Shown in pieces: positions 13,201-27,539 of a stretch of 64,000 bases of DNA. This stretch comes from Thalia democratica (taxonomy: Eukaryota). The stretch lies in assembly GCA_965202585.1 (NCBI GenBank), contig OZ241828.1, positions 23,188,001 to 23,252,000 on the forward strand. Reading direction: 5' to 3'. The position numbers were made by a program, and so were the translations under genes. The notes under the pieces are model-generated. The model had not been told where the DNA came from, did no database searches, and saw nothing but the letters and a program-made list of their open reading frames with translations. Positions within the stretch are counted from its first letter, which is position 1. Every line of letters starts with the position of its first letter.

Positions 13201-16200
13201 GTTTTTAAATTTTGTTTTTTTTAAATCAGTTTTTTTAAATCATTTAAATTAACAACTGTGGATAGTATCTACTTGGCTTGTATAAATTTTAAAAATCAGC
13301 TGTTAAACTGTATTTTATTTAGTAAAGTTCTTCAAAAGGACTACTGGTAACTTAAAAAAATTATTTTTCGACGCATTATAACATCATAAGTGCCATCTTT
13401 AGTAAAAAAATGCAATTTTTGTGAATAGAAACACAGATATTCAGAAAAAAATAGTTCGAAACCTTGCTTTCTAACCTTTGCACTAAGAAACAGAATACTT
13501 AATAACGTTTCCAACAATTTCCTCCTACAAATTAAGCATGTTTTTTCTATGAATAACAGATGATTACATGTGTAATAAAAATTACATATATTCTATTTGT
13601 AAAATAAACTTAAAAACGCATTTTCAACAAGTATCACACCATCTTAAGCTGAATTTGATGACTTTCTGGTGCCAGAAGAAAAATGTGTGGTCTTCAGACC
13701 AACTTTTAAAACCTGATACACTAATTATAACATCCATCAGCATTACTGTGATTTTATCTTGTCCCATTAAACAGAACTTTGCCAAGAAAAAATTGAAAGC
13801 TACTTAGAAGAAGTGTGTAATTCGATACAAGGTAAATTCCTATGAAGTTTTACAAAAAATTGTGAAATTTTTGTTAAAAACTGTAACTCTTGAAGTTTAT
13901 TGTATATTGATGTTTATGCCTTTAGTCATTATAAAGTAATTATAAGTTTAAAAAGGTAAGTTAACTTAGTATAAAAATATTGATACCATATTAATTGTAT
14001 TGCACTTAAAATAGTTTAAAAAATAACTAAGACTTTTGTGGTTTATGTTAATGTATGTTTATGTCTTCATTCATTATAAGCTTGTTAATACTTAAACTAA
14101 ATTTTATTAACAATTAGATGCTTACTCTAGTAATACTTTATAACGTAGTTATAGATATTGCAGACAAATATTAAATTGCAAAAATGTTAACTTTAGAGGT
14201 TAGCAATTTATAAAGATAACAATTTGTCTAATAATCTAGTTATTAGTTAAATATCCTTAAAAATTAATATACTTACATCAAAGTAAAAAATATATTATAA
14301 GTAAATTAAGAATTAATATGTTTAATAATAACTTTTTAGGTTTTATCATTAAGCTAACCAAACTTTAATAAAATTAAACGTCTGAAGATGAAATAGAACT
14401 TAAGTAAAGTACAATTACTTAGTTAAATATTTAGGCTAAACGAATCTAAATATTTGTTTTTGTCTATTAAATAAAAATTCTGCGGAAGTATTTCAACAGA
14501 GTTTAACTTAAATTACAACTATACAACTATAAGTAAAAATCTTTGCAATACTGAGCAAAAACAAAATAAAAAAAGCTTAAATCATAAGATTGCAAGGTTT
14601 AAGTATAAAACAGAAGCATAATAAAGGTTTAAGCGCGTAAGTTCTTGACAGAGTCGCTCATTTTCAGTAGCAAAGTTTATAAACAAAAGAAGTGGCTTTC
14701 TTCCAAACAATTGTCAGAACTTTTAAGCATCTTTGAGTTTTTAGTTTGTCTTTTGATGGTAGAAATGTTTTAAATAAAATTGAAATTGTGTGATGTTACA
14801 CCATGCTTGTTCATTAAAAAATATTTTTTATATTTATTTTATTTAGATCTTTCAAAAATTTTTGACAGTAGGTTTTGTTTTGAGTCAAGAAAAGAGTTCT
14901 GCTTATAATCAGCTTTATAGAAGAACAGATTGAGATATACAAAACAAAAACTCTAACAGCTGGTAATTTTTTTGAATGTTTTCAAACCAAATCAAGCAAA
15001 AACACCGGTATTTGTGTGAAACTAACGAAAAATAAACAAAAAGTGTTTTTACTCTACTTTTAGTTTCTCCAGCAATTTTTTGCATTATAAGAAAAGTTGA
15101 ACATTTAGTTTTTTTTAGGAATTTTTTATGTAATGAAGTTAAATTGATTGACTTTAAAGACATTAAAAGTACTAATTTTATTGGTTGTTTTTAAAATAAC
15201 ATTAGTTATTTAGATATGATGAATTAACCTTAATTTTTTATTGCATAATCTTCAATTTATGTTGCAAACCAATAGTTTTAATTTTATAACCAAATGAAAC
15301 ACTTTTATTACAAAACTAAAAGCTCTTTTTAACGCTATTGTCAGTACAAAAACTTGAGATATTTATGGAAGCAAACAGTACAAAAATAAACAACAATTTT
15401 GCCCCGAAGACCTTTACACCTGTAAGCATAATTAGCAGTTTTTCCACATCTAGTATCACCTTATCAGCTTTAAGGTGATAACATAAATCTCGTTTTGTCA
15501 ACAATTTCCCTTTTGATAATGGCTCTTTAAACAAATCGTGTTACTGAAGGGTTCAGCTAAAGATAATTTTCGTGTAAGCTGGAGTTTTGACATACTTTTC
15601 ATCTGAATTTTTCGTGTACGAGGAGTTTTATTCTCAGGTATTCGTGTTTGGAACTGTTATAGAAACTTTGAAGTTTTTAATTGTTTGTCAGGTAAAATGT
15701 GTTGTTTTAATTGAGGCAAAATAAGTTTAAGTATTCCTTAATTTTTAATTATGTTAACTAATTGGCCATAATTGTATTTATAAAACGTTTTCAATACAAG
15801 TTTCTCCGTTAACAAATACCAATTAAATAGTTATTTGTTTCTTAAACCTGCTCTTGTTTCAAAAAGATAGAATATATTTTTATACAAATAAGTGAACTAA
15901 AAACAGGCTTCGTGTTATTATTTTCAAATGATCAAGCTGTTGTTTTAAAAGGAATTAGTGATGGATTAAAAAAGAAGCTATAACTTCCTTAAAGTCTAAA
16001 AGTCTAAGGAAGGTAAAAAAAAACTACAGTTGTCGAAACTAGCTCTGTAAAGTTATACATAAGGTTCAACGAAATGTCTTACCAATGTGATTTAATAAAG
16101 TAAAAAGTTAATTGATGTTTTTATAATTGCAAGACATTTTAAAACTTGAGGTAAACGTGCTTAAGTACCAACTTAAAATTGGTTCCCTTTTCATTATCAG

Positions 16201-19200
16201 ACATTATTGGAGTAAAACATACAAAATACATATTAAACCACCTTTTATTGATACAGTTTAGACGTTGAAATCTGTTTAGCGCACGATTCTAAAGTCTGAA
16301 AATCTTAAACAACATTCATGCTTACAATCATTCACGTTTTTTTTAGCATAAATGTCAGTAAAATTTTGTTTTTAAGTTTTTTGAAACTAAACAATATTAA
16401 AGTAAAAAAATGTTTCAATATTGCTAGCCAATAAAGAGGTACAAATTCTTAAACGGTCTTTCAATATTAAAGCGTAATTTAAAAGCTTACTTGAAATAAA
16501 CACATCAAATCTTAAAGCGGTCATTATAAATTACTGTAATACTTATTACTGGTTGGAAAAATCTCTAAACTAACTTAAAAACCGCGTTTTCATCACAAAC
16601 AACGCTAAAACCTTGAAAATTTCACCAACTTGAAGGCACTAAGCCTCGGTAACACTAGAAGGCTAGTGGATTACTTAACTGCTATTTAGGCTCAGCAGGT
16701 TTTATTTAATTTGCGAGCTCTTCATGCGGCCCAAATCCTGTTACCACGGATCATTATTCATTATAACTTTTGGTGTTGTTTATTGCTAGTTTGTGTTTGC
16801 GAAACAGTGGACTCTTTTGTTAATTGGTTGCTGAATAAAGTTGTTTGTGAAGCAGCTGTTTTGTGAGTTAGCGAATTTGCATGCTTGGTTTTAATATGGT
16901 AATTATCGTTCAGAGGTCAAAAGAGTGTGATGTATTGTAAAATGAGAGTTCTAGCAATAAACTTAAGTTGTAGAACAAACAGCTTATTATTTTGTAGTAC
17001 TTGCATAGTAAGTGAGATAAACTTTTGCAAACAATCTTAAGTTGATTTAATAAATATTTTTTTACTTAGTAGCGAAGATACTTTGACGAGAATAATTGTT
17101 TTTTATTTAAGTAAAAAGTTATTATGACGTTCTGGTTATATAAAAGTTTTGGTTTTATTTTTCGAAATACAACTTACTTTATTTAATCAAAAATATAACC
17201 ACGTTTGTATTTCCTTATCATAGGAAATTAAGAAAGGAAAGAAAATTCATTTTATTTATTTAGTTTGAAATGACCAGAATTTTCAAAAACTAGTTTTATA
17301 CGTTTGTTATTATTGGTACTTACAACTTTTCATTATATTTTTTACAAAAAAAAATCACTGCTCTAAAATTGAAAAGGAGTCAGCTAAAATAACAACTTTA
17401 ATGTATGTAATTCTGTGTATACAAAATTATATAAAGCTATATAAAGTCTACATTTTATTAATAAAAAACTCTACTTGACACCCTATTCATAAGGTGAGCG
17501 TAAACACATTGAAGATACTCTAAACAAGGCTGACACTTTTATAATGTTGTAGTTTACAGCAAATTTGTGTGTTTACATCATACTCAAAATGCTACTAGTA
17601 GGTGTTAGGTACGCTGTATCACTAAACCAACTTGAACTTTTTTGTTGAGTAGTTTAACTACTTTTGTATACAAAGTTGACTTAAAGCTTTTTAGTGAGTA
17701 ATGTCTTTGAATGAAAACAAGTTGTTTCAATTATGAAAAGAATTTAAAAATACTTAAGATCAAAATTAAGCATTGCAATAAACTAGTTCAAATTTTTGGA
17801 CAAGAATTCTCTCTAAATTTTGTAAAAAAAAAGTAATTTAACGTTTAACTTTTGTACTTTCAGATAGTTTTTTTAGGATGCTTCGAGGCATAATACTTAT
17901 CAATTGACTAGTTTACCTCTTGTCACTAAAAACTTTGATTGATTTTAAACTCGAACATAATCTATTGAATGCTACTGTTTTTTTATAACTTAGATTAAAT
18001 ATCAAAGTGAAAAGTTTCAAAGTAATAGTGTTTATTTGTTCGCCGTCACCTTAACCTACCACTTTGAATGTAACAAATTTATCAATCACTTTAAATAAAA
18101 GTATACATAACAAAAGAAAAAGAGTTAAAGCTTTATCTTTAAACTAGCTTGAACCTATTTTAAAGTGCTTTTGTCTGTTTGATAAATTAGATAGTTTTTA
18201 AAACTAAAAAAGGTAAATATTAAATGCTATAGCTAGAAATTTAAAATTAATCTCTTTTAAAATCTACTCTAAATTAATCATTTAAGAACCTATAAACTTG
18301 TGGTATTTCAAACCAAAAACATAACTAAAATATTGTAGCAAAGTTTTTTTATAATAAAAATAAAGCCTTTAAATAATATTCTGCTAAACTACTTATAATT
18401 ACGATAGTAAACAGTTTAAAATGGTCGGTTTATAAAAAAAGCTAAGTTCTTAAGATAGTAACATTAAGATTGAAACATTTAAACATTTAAAGCTGTAATA
18501 AATCATATTTAATTTCTCAAAAATTGTTTTAAATATTATTAGTATATTTCAGAGTTTAAGTTAAGTTTTAGAAACCTCAAAGTTATTTCAGTACATTAAA
18601 TAAACTATAAACTACTACTTAATTAAATACTAGATTTTAACCATAAACTCTTCTAAGAACTAATAAACATTACAGTAAAATAAGTGTGCTATAAATTAGC
18701 TATGCATGGCACTGTGCATACTAAGCACATGATTAATTTGTTCAGATATATTTTCCCAGTAAAAGTTTATAAAAGTATTTAACCACAAACATATTTGATT
18801 TACTAACTTTTATATAACGAAAACAAGATACCACATTGCATGTTAAGCAAACTATTTTGCTGGAAAATAATTGTTTGTATCAATTTTAAACCCGGTTAAC
18901 TTTAACTTATACAAAGTTTTTCCTAGTAAACTAATTGTTTTGCTTTGAAATAACACTGTTATTTTGTTCTTAAGTTATTAAGTTATTTTTGTAATGTTTT
19001 GTGTGTGTTATAAAAAAGAGTATAATTGTTTTTGTTTGTGTAGTCGAAATTGGAAAACTATTCCAATTTGTTTAACTTAATGACAATTATATCAAAAGAG
19101 TTTGCCAATTTCTTGAATATTATTTAGCCAAAAGTCTATACGGGAATGTATATTATTAAACTATTGTATTGTGCAAAAAACACTGATCAAAAAATTTTTA

Positions 19201-20487
19201 TAAAACTGTTTTACTTCACATCAAAACTAATTTTTAAAAAATTTAAAACATAACAACTAAAATAAATAAACAAAAAGTTCTAAAATTTTGTTAGATACAA
19301 GTAAAAAAAAAAACACTACTATTAAACCTAATTTTTTAATTGTACATCATGTTTTTTATATTTAAACTTAGAAACTTAAATCAAATGTTAAACAATAAAT
19401 ATAGTTGTTTTACATGTTAAAGTACAACAAATTCCTAATTTTAAAGCACAAAAAACATGGTTTACACCTATTTTTCAACAATCAAGCACAAAGTTTAGTG
19501 TTACAAACGCCAAGAAAATATTTTTGTCACAACTTTAAATAGCCGCATCACGAGTGAGTAATTTGCACGACATTAAACTGTACTTTCCTCCATTGGATAA
19601 TTCGAAATCAATTAAGCGAAATTGACAATTTAAATGTGAGTTTGCACAAAACGACCTGTTTTCAAGCTTGATACACAGTGAAGCTTGTTGTTTGGAACTT
19701 TTTAATAAGAATAAGACTATTGTGATTTCATAAAAATGTTACTGTTCTAAACGCACAGTGTTTTTAGTATTTTATGGTTTTGGATTAACAAATTCTAACC
19801 ATAAGTTACACAACTGTCGGTCTTAACAAAAACTTCATTATTTGTAGTATTTTATGTGGTATAAAAAGTGGAGGTTACAATTTTTGAATGAAAACCTTAA
19901 AAAGAACAAGGCGTTTTTATCTCAAATGTCAAAACAAAGCTAATAAACTTCAGCAAAAATACATACTTTACTGTCAAAAACTTTGTATGACCGCTTCAAA
20001 TGTACTACAACATAAAGTGTATAAACAATATTGAATACCATTGGTTTAATTTTTTCTTAATCTGCAGGATTTTAAATTTAAGACAAATAAACTGAAGTTC
20101 GTTTGTGCCAATTTGTATACAAAAATATCACTCTTGTTCTGTTCATAACTTGAATAACCAACGTAAACACTGGCTTTTAAGAACATTTGTGTTAAGTAAA
20201 AAATCAATTGATGAATATATATTAAAAAAATTGTAAAAATATATTGATAATAGATATTTATAAAATAACTTAGAACTAACGTGAAGCTCTGACACAGTAC
20301 CAGGTCCCATGAACCTCACAGGCTGACTCAAAGTGATGACGTCAGAAGCTAAAGTGACGTCATAATTCAACCTCTTGTCGCCCGCTTGATCACCGTACGG
20401 CAGCAACTCCGCATTCGTGAGGGAGGAAAGGAGGAGTATCAGGAAGGGTAAAACCCCCAAGTAGGAACCGTCGCTCAGTATACCCAT
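1198..20487 (-). CDS. Gene A (5' part, 6 coding exons, 349 codons, 3' end beyond left edge): signal-peptide-bearing NIDO + Sushi/CCP domain protein, possibly followed by an SEA-like domain
   Basis: Exons 20281-20487, 12671-12919, 10371-10553, 7184-7274, 4740-4958 and 1198-1295 join with GT-AG ends and matching phases (0,0,0,1,1) into one open frame. It has a hydrophobic leader, NIDO hallmarks (LPYGDQAGD, TPFMAE..GDVWYR, VVVATW, NTYQIVFASD..TYVTINY, GQHIFDV) and a 4-Cys CCP module. Confidence 0.9.
4740..4958 (-). CDS. Gene A exon 5: Sushi/CCP domain (SPCGEPP...LKCKEG...IECLYE...AWDFEVKECI)
   Basis: Phase 1-1 modular exon with the C-x-x-P-P...C-x-x-G...C...W...C pattern. CAG acceptor, GTTAGT donor. 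Confidence 0.9.
5067..5100 (-). pseudogene. Exon echo: partial copy of the Sushi exon (SFSRTTYETVF vs SFSRTTIETVF)
   Basis: 30/34 nt identical to 4902-4935, lying 165 nt upstream in transcription direction. Confidence 0.8.
6400..6650. repeat. Degenerate duplicate pair, offset ~174 nt
   Basis: gtgttggtcacttt ... tgctaattagc occurs at ~6405 and ~6579. Confidence 0.6.
7184..7274 (-). CDS. Gene A exon 4: NIDO C-terminus (VWTVAETSTGSSVRGQHIFDVSNPLECYSF)
   Basis: TTCTCAG acceptor, GTTCGT donor, phase 0-1. Resembles the NIDO-terminal 'SNVG.PG.W.F.VD' motif. Confidence 0.85.
10371..10553 (-). CDS. Gene A exon 3: NIDO core (VNTYQIVFASDVTRTYVTINYDGAITWTSSG...SNSGTDM)
   Basis: CAG acceptor, GTTTGT donor, 61 codons, phase 0-0. 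Matches the NIDO 'NTFQ.VL.TDG..SF.IFNY..I.WT' motif. Confidence 0.92.
10695..10706 (-). pseudogene. Probable short echo of the gene A exon 3 start (NTYQ)
   Basis: tggtaggtgtta is identical to 10540-10551, offset 155 nt. The match is only 12 nt. Confidence 0.45.
12671..12919 (-). CDS. Gene A exon 2: NIDO (VSSIGTLSY...TPFMAEPGVGGDVWYRQ...VVVATWANMPSNYLQGK)
   Basis: CAG acceptor, GTGAGT donor, 83 codons, phase 0-0. Matches the NIDO 'APFWAD..G.VWYR' and 'VFIATW' motifs. Confidence 0.9.
16640..16900. promoter_or_regulatory. Candidate intronic enhancer in the first coding intron of gene A
   Basis: Locally less AT-rich. Contains GGATTA (16668), TGTTTAT/TGTTTGC (16777, 16794), TAATTGG (16821), CAGCTG (16853) and the octamer ATTTGCAT (16875). 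Confidence 0.3.
20281..20487 (-). CDS. Gene A coding exon 1: signal peptide and NIDO N-terminal region (MGILSDGSYLGVLPFLILLLSSLTNAELLPYGDQAGD...SELH)
   Basis: ATG at 20485-20487 is preceded by an in-frame TGA. Acceptor CAG lies at 20498-20500; donor GTTAGT is phase 0. Confidence 0.9.
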
Positions 20488-23400
20488 TCAGTATTTCCTG
20501 TTGGAAGTATCTACATTAAACTTTTTGTAGGTTAACATTAATCTAAACAAATTGTTTTTCTTTTCGAAGTCAGTTTTTTTTTGTTAGATAATAGCAATCT
20601 AAACAAGTTATTTTAAAAATATTAAAGTGAATAATATTTTACAGTTTTTTATTAAAAAAAATCAAGAAGTTCACAACAATAAAAAAATTCTAAGATGCAA
20701 AAGAAAAAAAAAAGGTTCTTAAAATTAAAATTAAATACATAAGTACAAAGGACTGTTTTACAACATTCAAAACTAGTTATGGCTTTAAACATACGATTTA
20801 AAGCATAAGACAACAAACTTAACTATAATTTTTGTTTTAAGATAAAGGTAACTTTGTGTACCTACCTCTAATGTTTACGTTTGAAACTTTCAATTTATCA
20901 CAATACATTTACACTCTTTTGTCTACATGTAAACAAAAAATATTATTACTTTAACCAAGCATAAATACACAAGTTCAAAATATACAAAATTAGTCACACT
21001 TATATTAAACCAAAACAATTCTTATGACACAGGTCTGTCAGAATAAAAGATTATAAATTAACTTAAAACTTTTTCATAACAATCAGACATTTGTAGGGGC
21101 GTTTAAACCCTGAGAGAAAACATATTTTTGATGATAAGCGTAAAATACGAAGTTTAATTTTACAAGTGAAGCTTGTAACTTAGAGAGGTTAGACAGTTCA
21201 GAACACGGTAAATTTTCGTAAGTTTTATTTTTGTGTTTTTATTTAAAATTTAAACTTGACGTTTTAGGTGTTGTTTGAACTTGACATTGTTTTATTTTGA
21301 TGGAAAAGCATAAAATTATGACAATAAAGTTGAATTAGAATAGCAGACCACGTTTCATACAGTCTACAATTTATATGCTTTTTAAACAATGTATTTGTAT
21401 TTAACTTTTAAACACTTTAATTTTTAAGTTGAAAAAGGATTTTGTTATGACAATGATAGTCTGTAATAGTTTTAGAAATACTTTTTACATCTAAAAGAAG
21501 CAAATGAAAAAATTTTTCATTATCATTAATTTACTAAAAATTGTTTATTAAAAAAAATCTTTTAATTAAGTTAAAATTTTTCTAACATTTTTAAAATTAT
21601 TATATTAAAAAAATTGTTTTACAAAATTCAAGTTAAACATTAAACTATGACCTTTTATGCAACTTAACATGCAATTCGCTAAATATTTCAAAACTATCAC
21701 TTCAAGGTGTAAAAGATAGTATCTTGGAGCGAAATTGTAAGCAATTATATATATTCGTTCGTCATACGAAATACACTACAAGTCTAACAAGAATGTTAAC
21801 ACCACATACATATATTTGTTTAATCAAACGTATCATTAAAACTCGTTTTGCTTCGCGAAAACTGTGAGAAATATTTCCCAGGTATGTTTTAGATTAATTA
21901 AAAAAGAAACCAGAATCATTATTTGTACAACTTGGTAATATTGTTTGTTTGACTTGCTAAATGTTGTTCTAATAGTTTTATGGTGACTTTATAAATTAAA
22001 AGCTTCTTTCATGTATTTTTATATACGATTTGAATGGTATTGGAAAAATTCCTATCTTATCTTCTAAAAATATTTTTTAATTTTAAATTAATATGTTTTA
22101 ATAAGGTGGTTTTTAAACGATATGAAAACATTAAAATACCGGTTTTATATGAATTCTTATAATTAACAACAGTAACAATAATAAAAACTCAAACAACTTT
22201 AGCTAACTTATGTAGCTTTTATATCAATTTAAATTTAAAAAAATAGTAATCATAACTATGTATATTTAAAACTTGTGGTTTAACTAGTCATACTTCACAG
22301 TGTTATAAATTTTTGTCACTAGTTTAGTTAAACAAAAGAACGTATGGAAACTTTATCATTTCTCTACAAAATAAACTAAAAAATAAATTCGCATCAAAAT
22401 CTAGCTTTTAGTTAATTAGTTTTAAAATTGCAAAATAATTAATTATTAAATCACACTAGTTGTTTAAGAAATCATAGATATGCCTTTAATCTTTTATGTA
22501 TATGAGATTAAAACATTAACTATCTTACTGTTTTTTACCAGTATTCTTTTTATGCATTAATAGCATTACAATCTTCACATTAAACAATTTCAACGTTTTT
22601 ACAAAACAAATCAACCCACCAACTAATTTGTAGGTTCTTTTTGTTGTTATCAACGATCAAATTCGCTTTTTTGATACTTCACTTTTCGACTTAAAATTTT
22701 AGGTCAATAGCATTCCTTTCTCTGAGAGCTGGCTAAAATACGTTTAAATCTTGCCAAATTAACTAACTGTTAACAACCTGTAAAAAATGTGCATTAGTTT
22801 TTACTAGTATTATAAAATAATCTAAATATAAAACCTTTTTTGAGATGCAAAATTCTATTGAATATAATTTATAATTTAATTAGTTTGTAAATGTTCTTGA
22901 TAAAATATGTTAGCTAAAAATACAAGCTACATATTTTTTACCGTATAGTTTAAAATAAAATATTTAATTTTCTTCGAAGTTCATTTTTTCTACCATTACT
23001 TTAAAAAAAACAAATGAATAGAGCTTATACCTAAAAATAAACTTTTTACTTTTAAAGTTTTTACTAGACTGAGAAATAAAGTAAGTTCACAAAGTACAAT
23101 TTGTAAACAATTTACTTCGATAAAAGCATCAAAATAATTTGAAAAAACAAACAAGATCAACAAATACACTATATCTTCAAAGACTACTGTATGCACACGC
23201 TTAAGATCAGGGTTAATCAAAAGATTATATCAGAAAAGAGCAAATAAAGGGGGAGATACAAATCGAAAAATAGTATATTGGGGAAGTTAATGCAATTTTT
23301 ATAGCATGTTAATACACCATCAATAATAATAAAAATTCAGGGATAATGTGTTCTATTTTTTATTGCTACTTTATAAGTATAAAAAACTAGTTTAATTTTT

Positions 23401-25879
23401 TTTAAGGATTAATAGGAGAAAGTTATTACCAAACTGTAAAGTTTTAATAGTAAACGTTTAGCTTAACTTGAGCGTTTCATAAAAGCTCTGAACAGTTTAC
23501 TGTCAATCTTTAAGGTGGTTAAACAATTGGTACAGGTGGGATTTTCTCTTTCATTTTTCTTCAAAGTAGTTAGTTTCAACTTTAGACTCTAATTAGTGTT
23601 AAGTAAAGTTTATAAATTTTCATAAACATATATGAAAATGTCATAGTTGCTTATAAAAAGAATTAACGTTTTTTGTTTTGAGCTTATCAAATTTTCTGCA
23701 CATTTTCTTTTTTAATTATACAAATGTACTTTTAAAATTACTTATTAAATTTATGTAAAATTAATTATTCTTCAAAAGTCAAAAATTTTTACCTTTTTTA
23801 AATTGTTTACGAATTACATAAATAACTTGCAAAACTTTGCTTACTAAGCACTTTAGAAAACCCATAATACTAAGTAAAAAATAACAAACCATAGAATTGT
23901 ACTATGTTATCAACAAAAGTCAGTGTTTAAATATTTTAGCGTGTTTACAAATTTTAATAATAACTTGTAATGAATAAATGAAAGTTGATATCTCAGCCAC
24001 TTATAGTGGCGAATTCTTTTGTTATAATCAACTCTTTTTATAACTGCAGGGCATATTACTTGTAGTGTCAAACATCAGTAAGAAAAATGTGAGATTAATA
24101 AAATGCTTAACTACTTTGCACTTTGAAATTTAATAAATACTTTTGTATAAAATTGTTTAACTTTGTCACGTTAAATTGAAAAAGTTCTGAAAAACGTGTT
24201 ACTCGTCTGTTCCTTTTAACAAAAACTTAAAACTTGAAGTTTTTTTTATTAATTTTATAACTTTGACTTAAGCTTAAACAATTTTTGCAGTAAAATAACA
24301 AATTTTCTTCCTGGCTAAAGTATAAATGTTTTTATGCAAAACTTTACTACTTTTAAACATATGCTAAAACAAACAAAACTTCAATCTATAAACCCTACTG
24401 AAAGTCTACTAGATCGAATACAAAAAAAAACCTCAAAGTATGTCTAAAATGAGAAAAAAAAACTAAATTCAAAGCTCTAATAAAACTAAATTAAAAAACA
24501 AAACAAGCTTTTCACTGGTTACAAACCAAATTAGTCAAAACTTACACTTAAATTTAGTGCCAGTCGTATAACGGTACAAAAATAATTAAGCAGCTCATTC
24601 GTTTGGCAAAAGAAAATTCTCCATCACTCAAAGTAGAACTAGATCCAAATGTTTATGTTACTCACTACGACCTATGTGACATTTTAGTACAAAAAACATT
24701 GTAGCTTTTGTTTGTATCATTTTGACTCTTGTTTGTATCATTAATTTGAGAATTAAAAGCGATTCTTGTTTTTGTGTGAAAGTTTGTATTTGACTCCAAG
24801 GTCACTGTTTACAGTAAACAAGCAGAAAACAAAAAGTTGTTTTTCCGCAAACAGAGTTGAAGTTTGTATAAAGTGATGTGAGAAAACTCTTCTGTTGTTT
24901 GTAACTTGGTTCAGAATCTTTCTATTAAATACTATGAAGTGGCTACTATAGAGTAAAAATCAGTTTCTTGTTTATTTATCACTTTTTTCGTTGTAGTATA
25001 ATTATATGTACCCTTATAAACATACAAATTTGAAACAGCCTTTAAATTCATTTAGTCTATGTTATGTTTTAGTCAGTTCTATAAATGCATCTTTAAAAGT
25101 TTTATGGTGTTTTTTTTTAGCTGATTAAGAAATAAGTGCAGTAAATCGTTACAATCATTACGTCAGTTATATTAGCTGACTAACATCAAATTATGTGAGA
25201 ATGTAAAATTTTTATAAAATAAAACAAATGAAAATTTATCAATAGTATCTCGAAACATTTTAACTTTTACCTTAAAACTTTTGAATCTGAATATTAATCC
25301 TTTTCACTTTAATATCAATTGAAGACTGTTTCATTAAATAAAGTTGAACAATGCACTTGTCAAAAAAAAAACTATAATCAAAACTGTTATTAAAAGTAAA
25401 ATGTTATAATTTAAAACCAGACAGAAGTAAAAATAAATACGTATACAGCACTAAAATTTTAAGTATGGAAAAAAGTACAAATATTAAAGTTTTGTATAAA
25501 GATGAAATAGAATGTAACGTCAAGAGACACATAAGATCCCAGTAAGACTTTAAATAGATTAAGTAAATCTTTTAACTGCTGTTACGTTACTTGTAATAGC
25601 TCTAACAAGGTGACAATAAGTATAAGTATTTTACATTAATACGGATCATATTACCATGATTAGTATCTGTAGCTCTTTTCTTCATTTAAGTTACGTAAAA
25701 GAGATATCAAAGAAGAAAGAAGATTTCCAAGAAAAAATTGGGCACAGCAGACCGCAGTAGATCGAATAAAAAGGTAAAAAGTTCTATAGATGTCTAGAAA
25801 CAATTAACACTTTACTGATTATTATTTCAGTTTCAAACAGTAACAAAAGCTATATTTTTAATATTAAAATTAACTAACT

Positions 25880-26370
25880 TTTAGTGACTACTTTTACTGA
25901 TTACATAAAAACGATATCAATAAAAATAGAAAATTTCCAATAAAAACTTTCTAACAAGACTAAAAGAGACCAAAAATTATCGCAACAATAAGGAAGAAGA
26001 CCTAACAGTTTAACAAATTACTAATGCTTTAAAACTACACATCTTTCACCGACTACCTTTACTGATTAAATAAGGAAAGACGTCAACCAAGAATGAATAT
26101 TTTTAGTAAAAGAGACCCTCTAACAAAATTTTTAGTAGATCACAAAAGACTGAATAAAAAAGTATCAAAGCCTAAAGTTGTTACGAAACAACATGTATTA
26201 CACGAACTATTATTTACACAAAATTTAAAAAATAATACAAAAGTTTATACTTGTTTTACCACAAATTAAATATCTTTTACCGACTACTTTCAGCGATTAC
26301 ATAAAATGGGGTCTAGCAAACTAGAAAGTTCCGAGTAAAAGAGAGAGGCCCTCTAACAAGACCAAAGCTG
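25880..26370. repeat. Degenerate ~100-nt repeat, at least 3 copies
   Basis: gactac.tttactgatta.ataa followed 65-80 nt later by ctctaacaa, near 25885, 26049 and 26280. Confidence 0.65.
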
Positions 26371-27539
26371 ACCGCGAAATCGTTAAAATTAACATTAAGA
26401 ACATAACACGTCCATACATTTCGCCATAAAATTAATATTTACACACAAACACCAAAAACCATGGCACTGAGCATGCCGAAGACGTGTTCCATGTTTTCTT
26501 TTGTTTCAATTAAAACTAAATATGTAAACTTTCCAGTTTTTCCTTTTTTCATTCTATGGCACGCGGTTTCCTTCACATTTTCCTGATCAATTAGCGACTA
26601 GAATTAAAAGTTCTGGAACTAATGCAGATATACAGGTATTGTTTATACTTTTACACAGGATGGTAGTGTGTCAATTTTCTGTGATTGATTACCTTTGTAT
26701 CTGCAGGCTGTGTTTATGAATTGATCCGAGGAGACAAAAACAAGAAGTTTAATTAAATTCAGATGCGTTATTCTTGCGGTGTGGTGTTTTATTGTAAAAA
26801 CACAAAAACAATGAATCAAAAAATATTAATAAATAAAAATATTCCTGGTTTTAACTAAAATGCTTATGCAACAAGTGAATATTAATGAGGCTAAACTTAA
26901 AAAAAAGAAACTTCCTTAGATACATTATCAGCCAAGGTAAAGAGGAACTTATTTTTTAATTACGTTGAAAATTGTCAGAGACTAAAATGCTTAAATTGTT
27001 ACTTCAATTGCGTAATTGAGTACATTAAAAATGTAAAAAATTATTAGTTTTAGTACGACCAGAAAATCCCTTAATATATTTAGTAAAAAGTAAAATTAAC
27101 ATTTTAAAAACTTTTCAGTTTAAAACTTTTTTAAATGTGTATATATTTCTTAGGAGAAAAGATTTGAAAATTGTTTAATAAAAAAATGTTTGTCCTTTAA
27201 AAACGTTAAAGTTGAATAAATATCCTTGAGCTTTTGTATACCTAAGACAAATTATGAATTGAGATTTTCATTGTATGATTTTAAGTGTAACAACAAGGTT
27301 ATACAAAAGTTGTTTAAAATCAACACTTGTATTGATAACACACATATTTTTACAAAACTATGCTTTAAATAAAGATATCAAAGAAATATAAACCACTTGG
27401 AATAAAGAAAAAAAAAAGTTAACACATATCATAAATTTTTAAGAGTTATTAGTCACGAAAACACAAAAAGAAACTAAAACAACTTAGCATATTAAAACTA
27501 TAAACAACATAATAAAAGATCAACCAAGTTCTAAAAATG

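Noticed and set aside
26444-26494. Minus-strand 17-codon hydrophobic mini-ORF MEHVFGMLSAMVFGVCV*
   Set aside because: No phase allows it to join gene A's CDS; too short to support.
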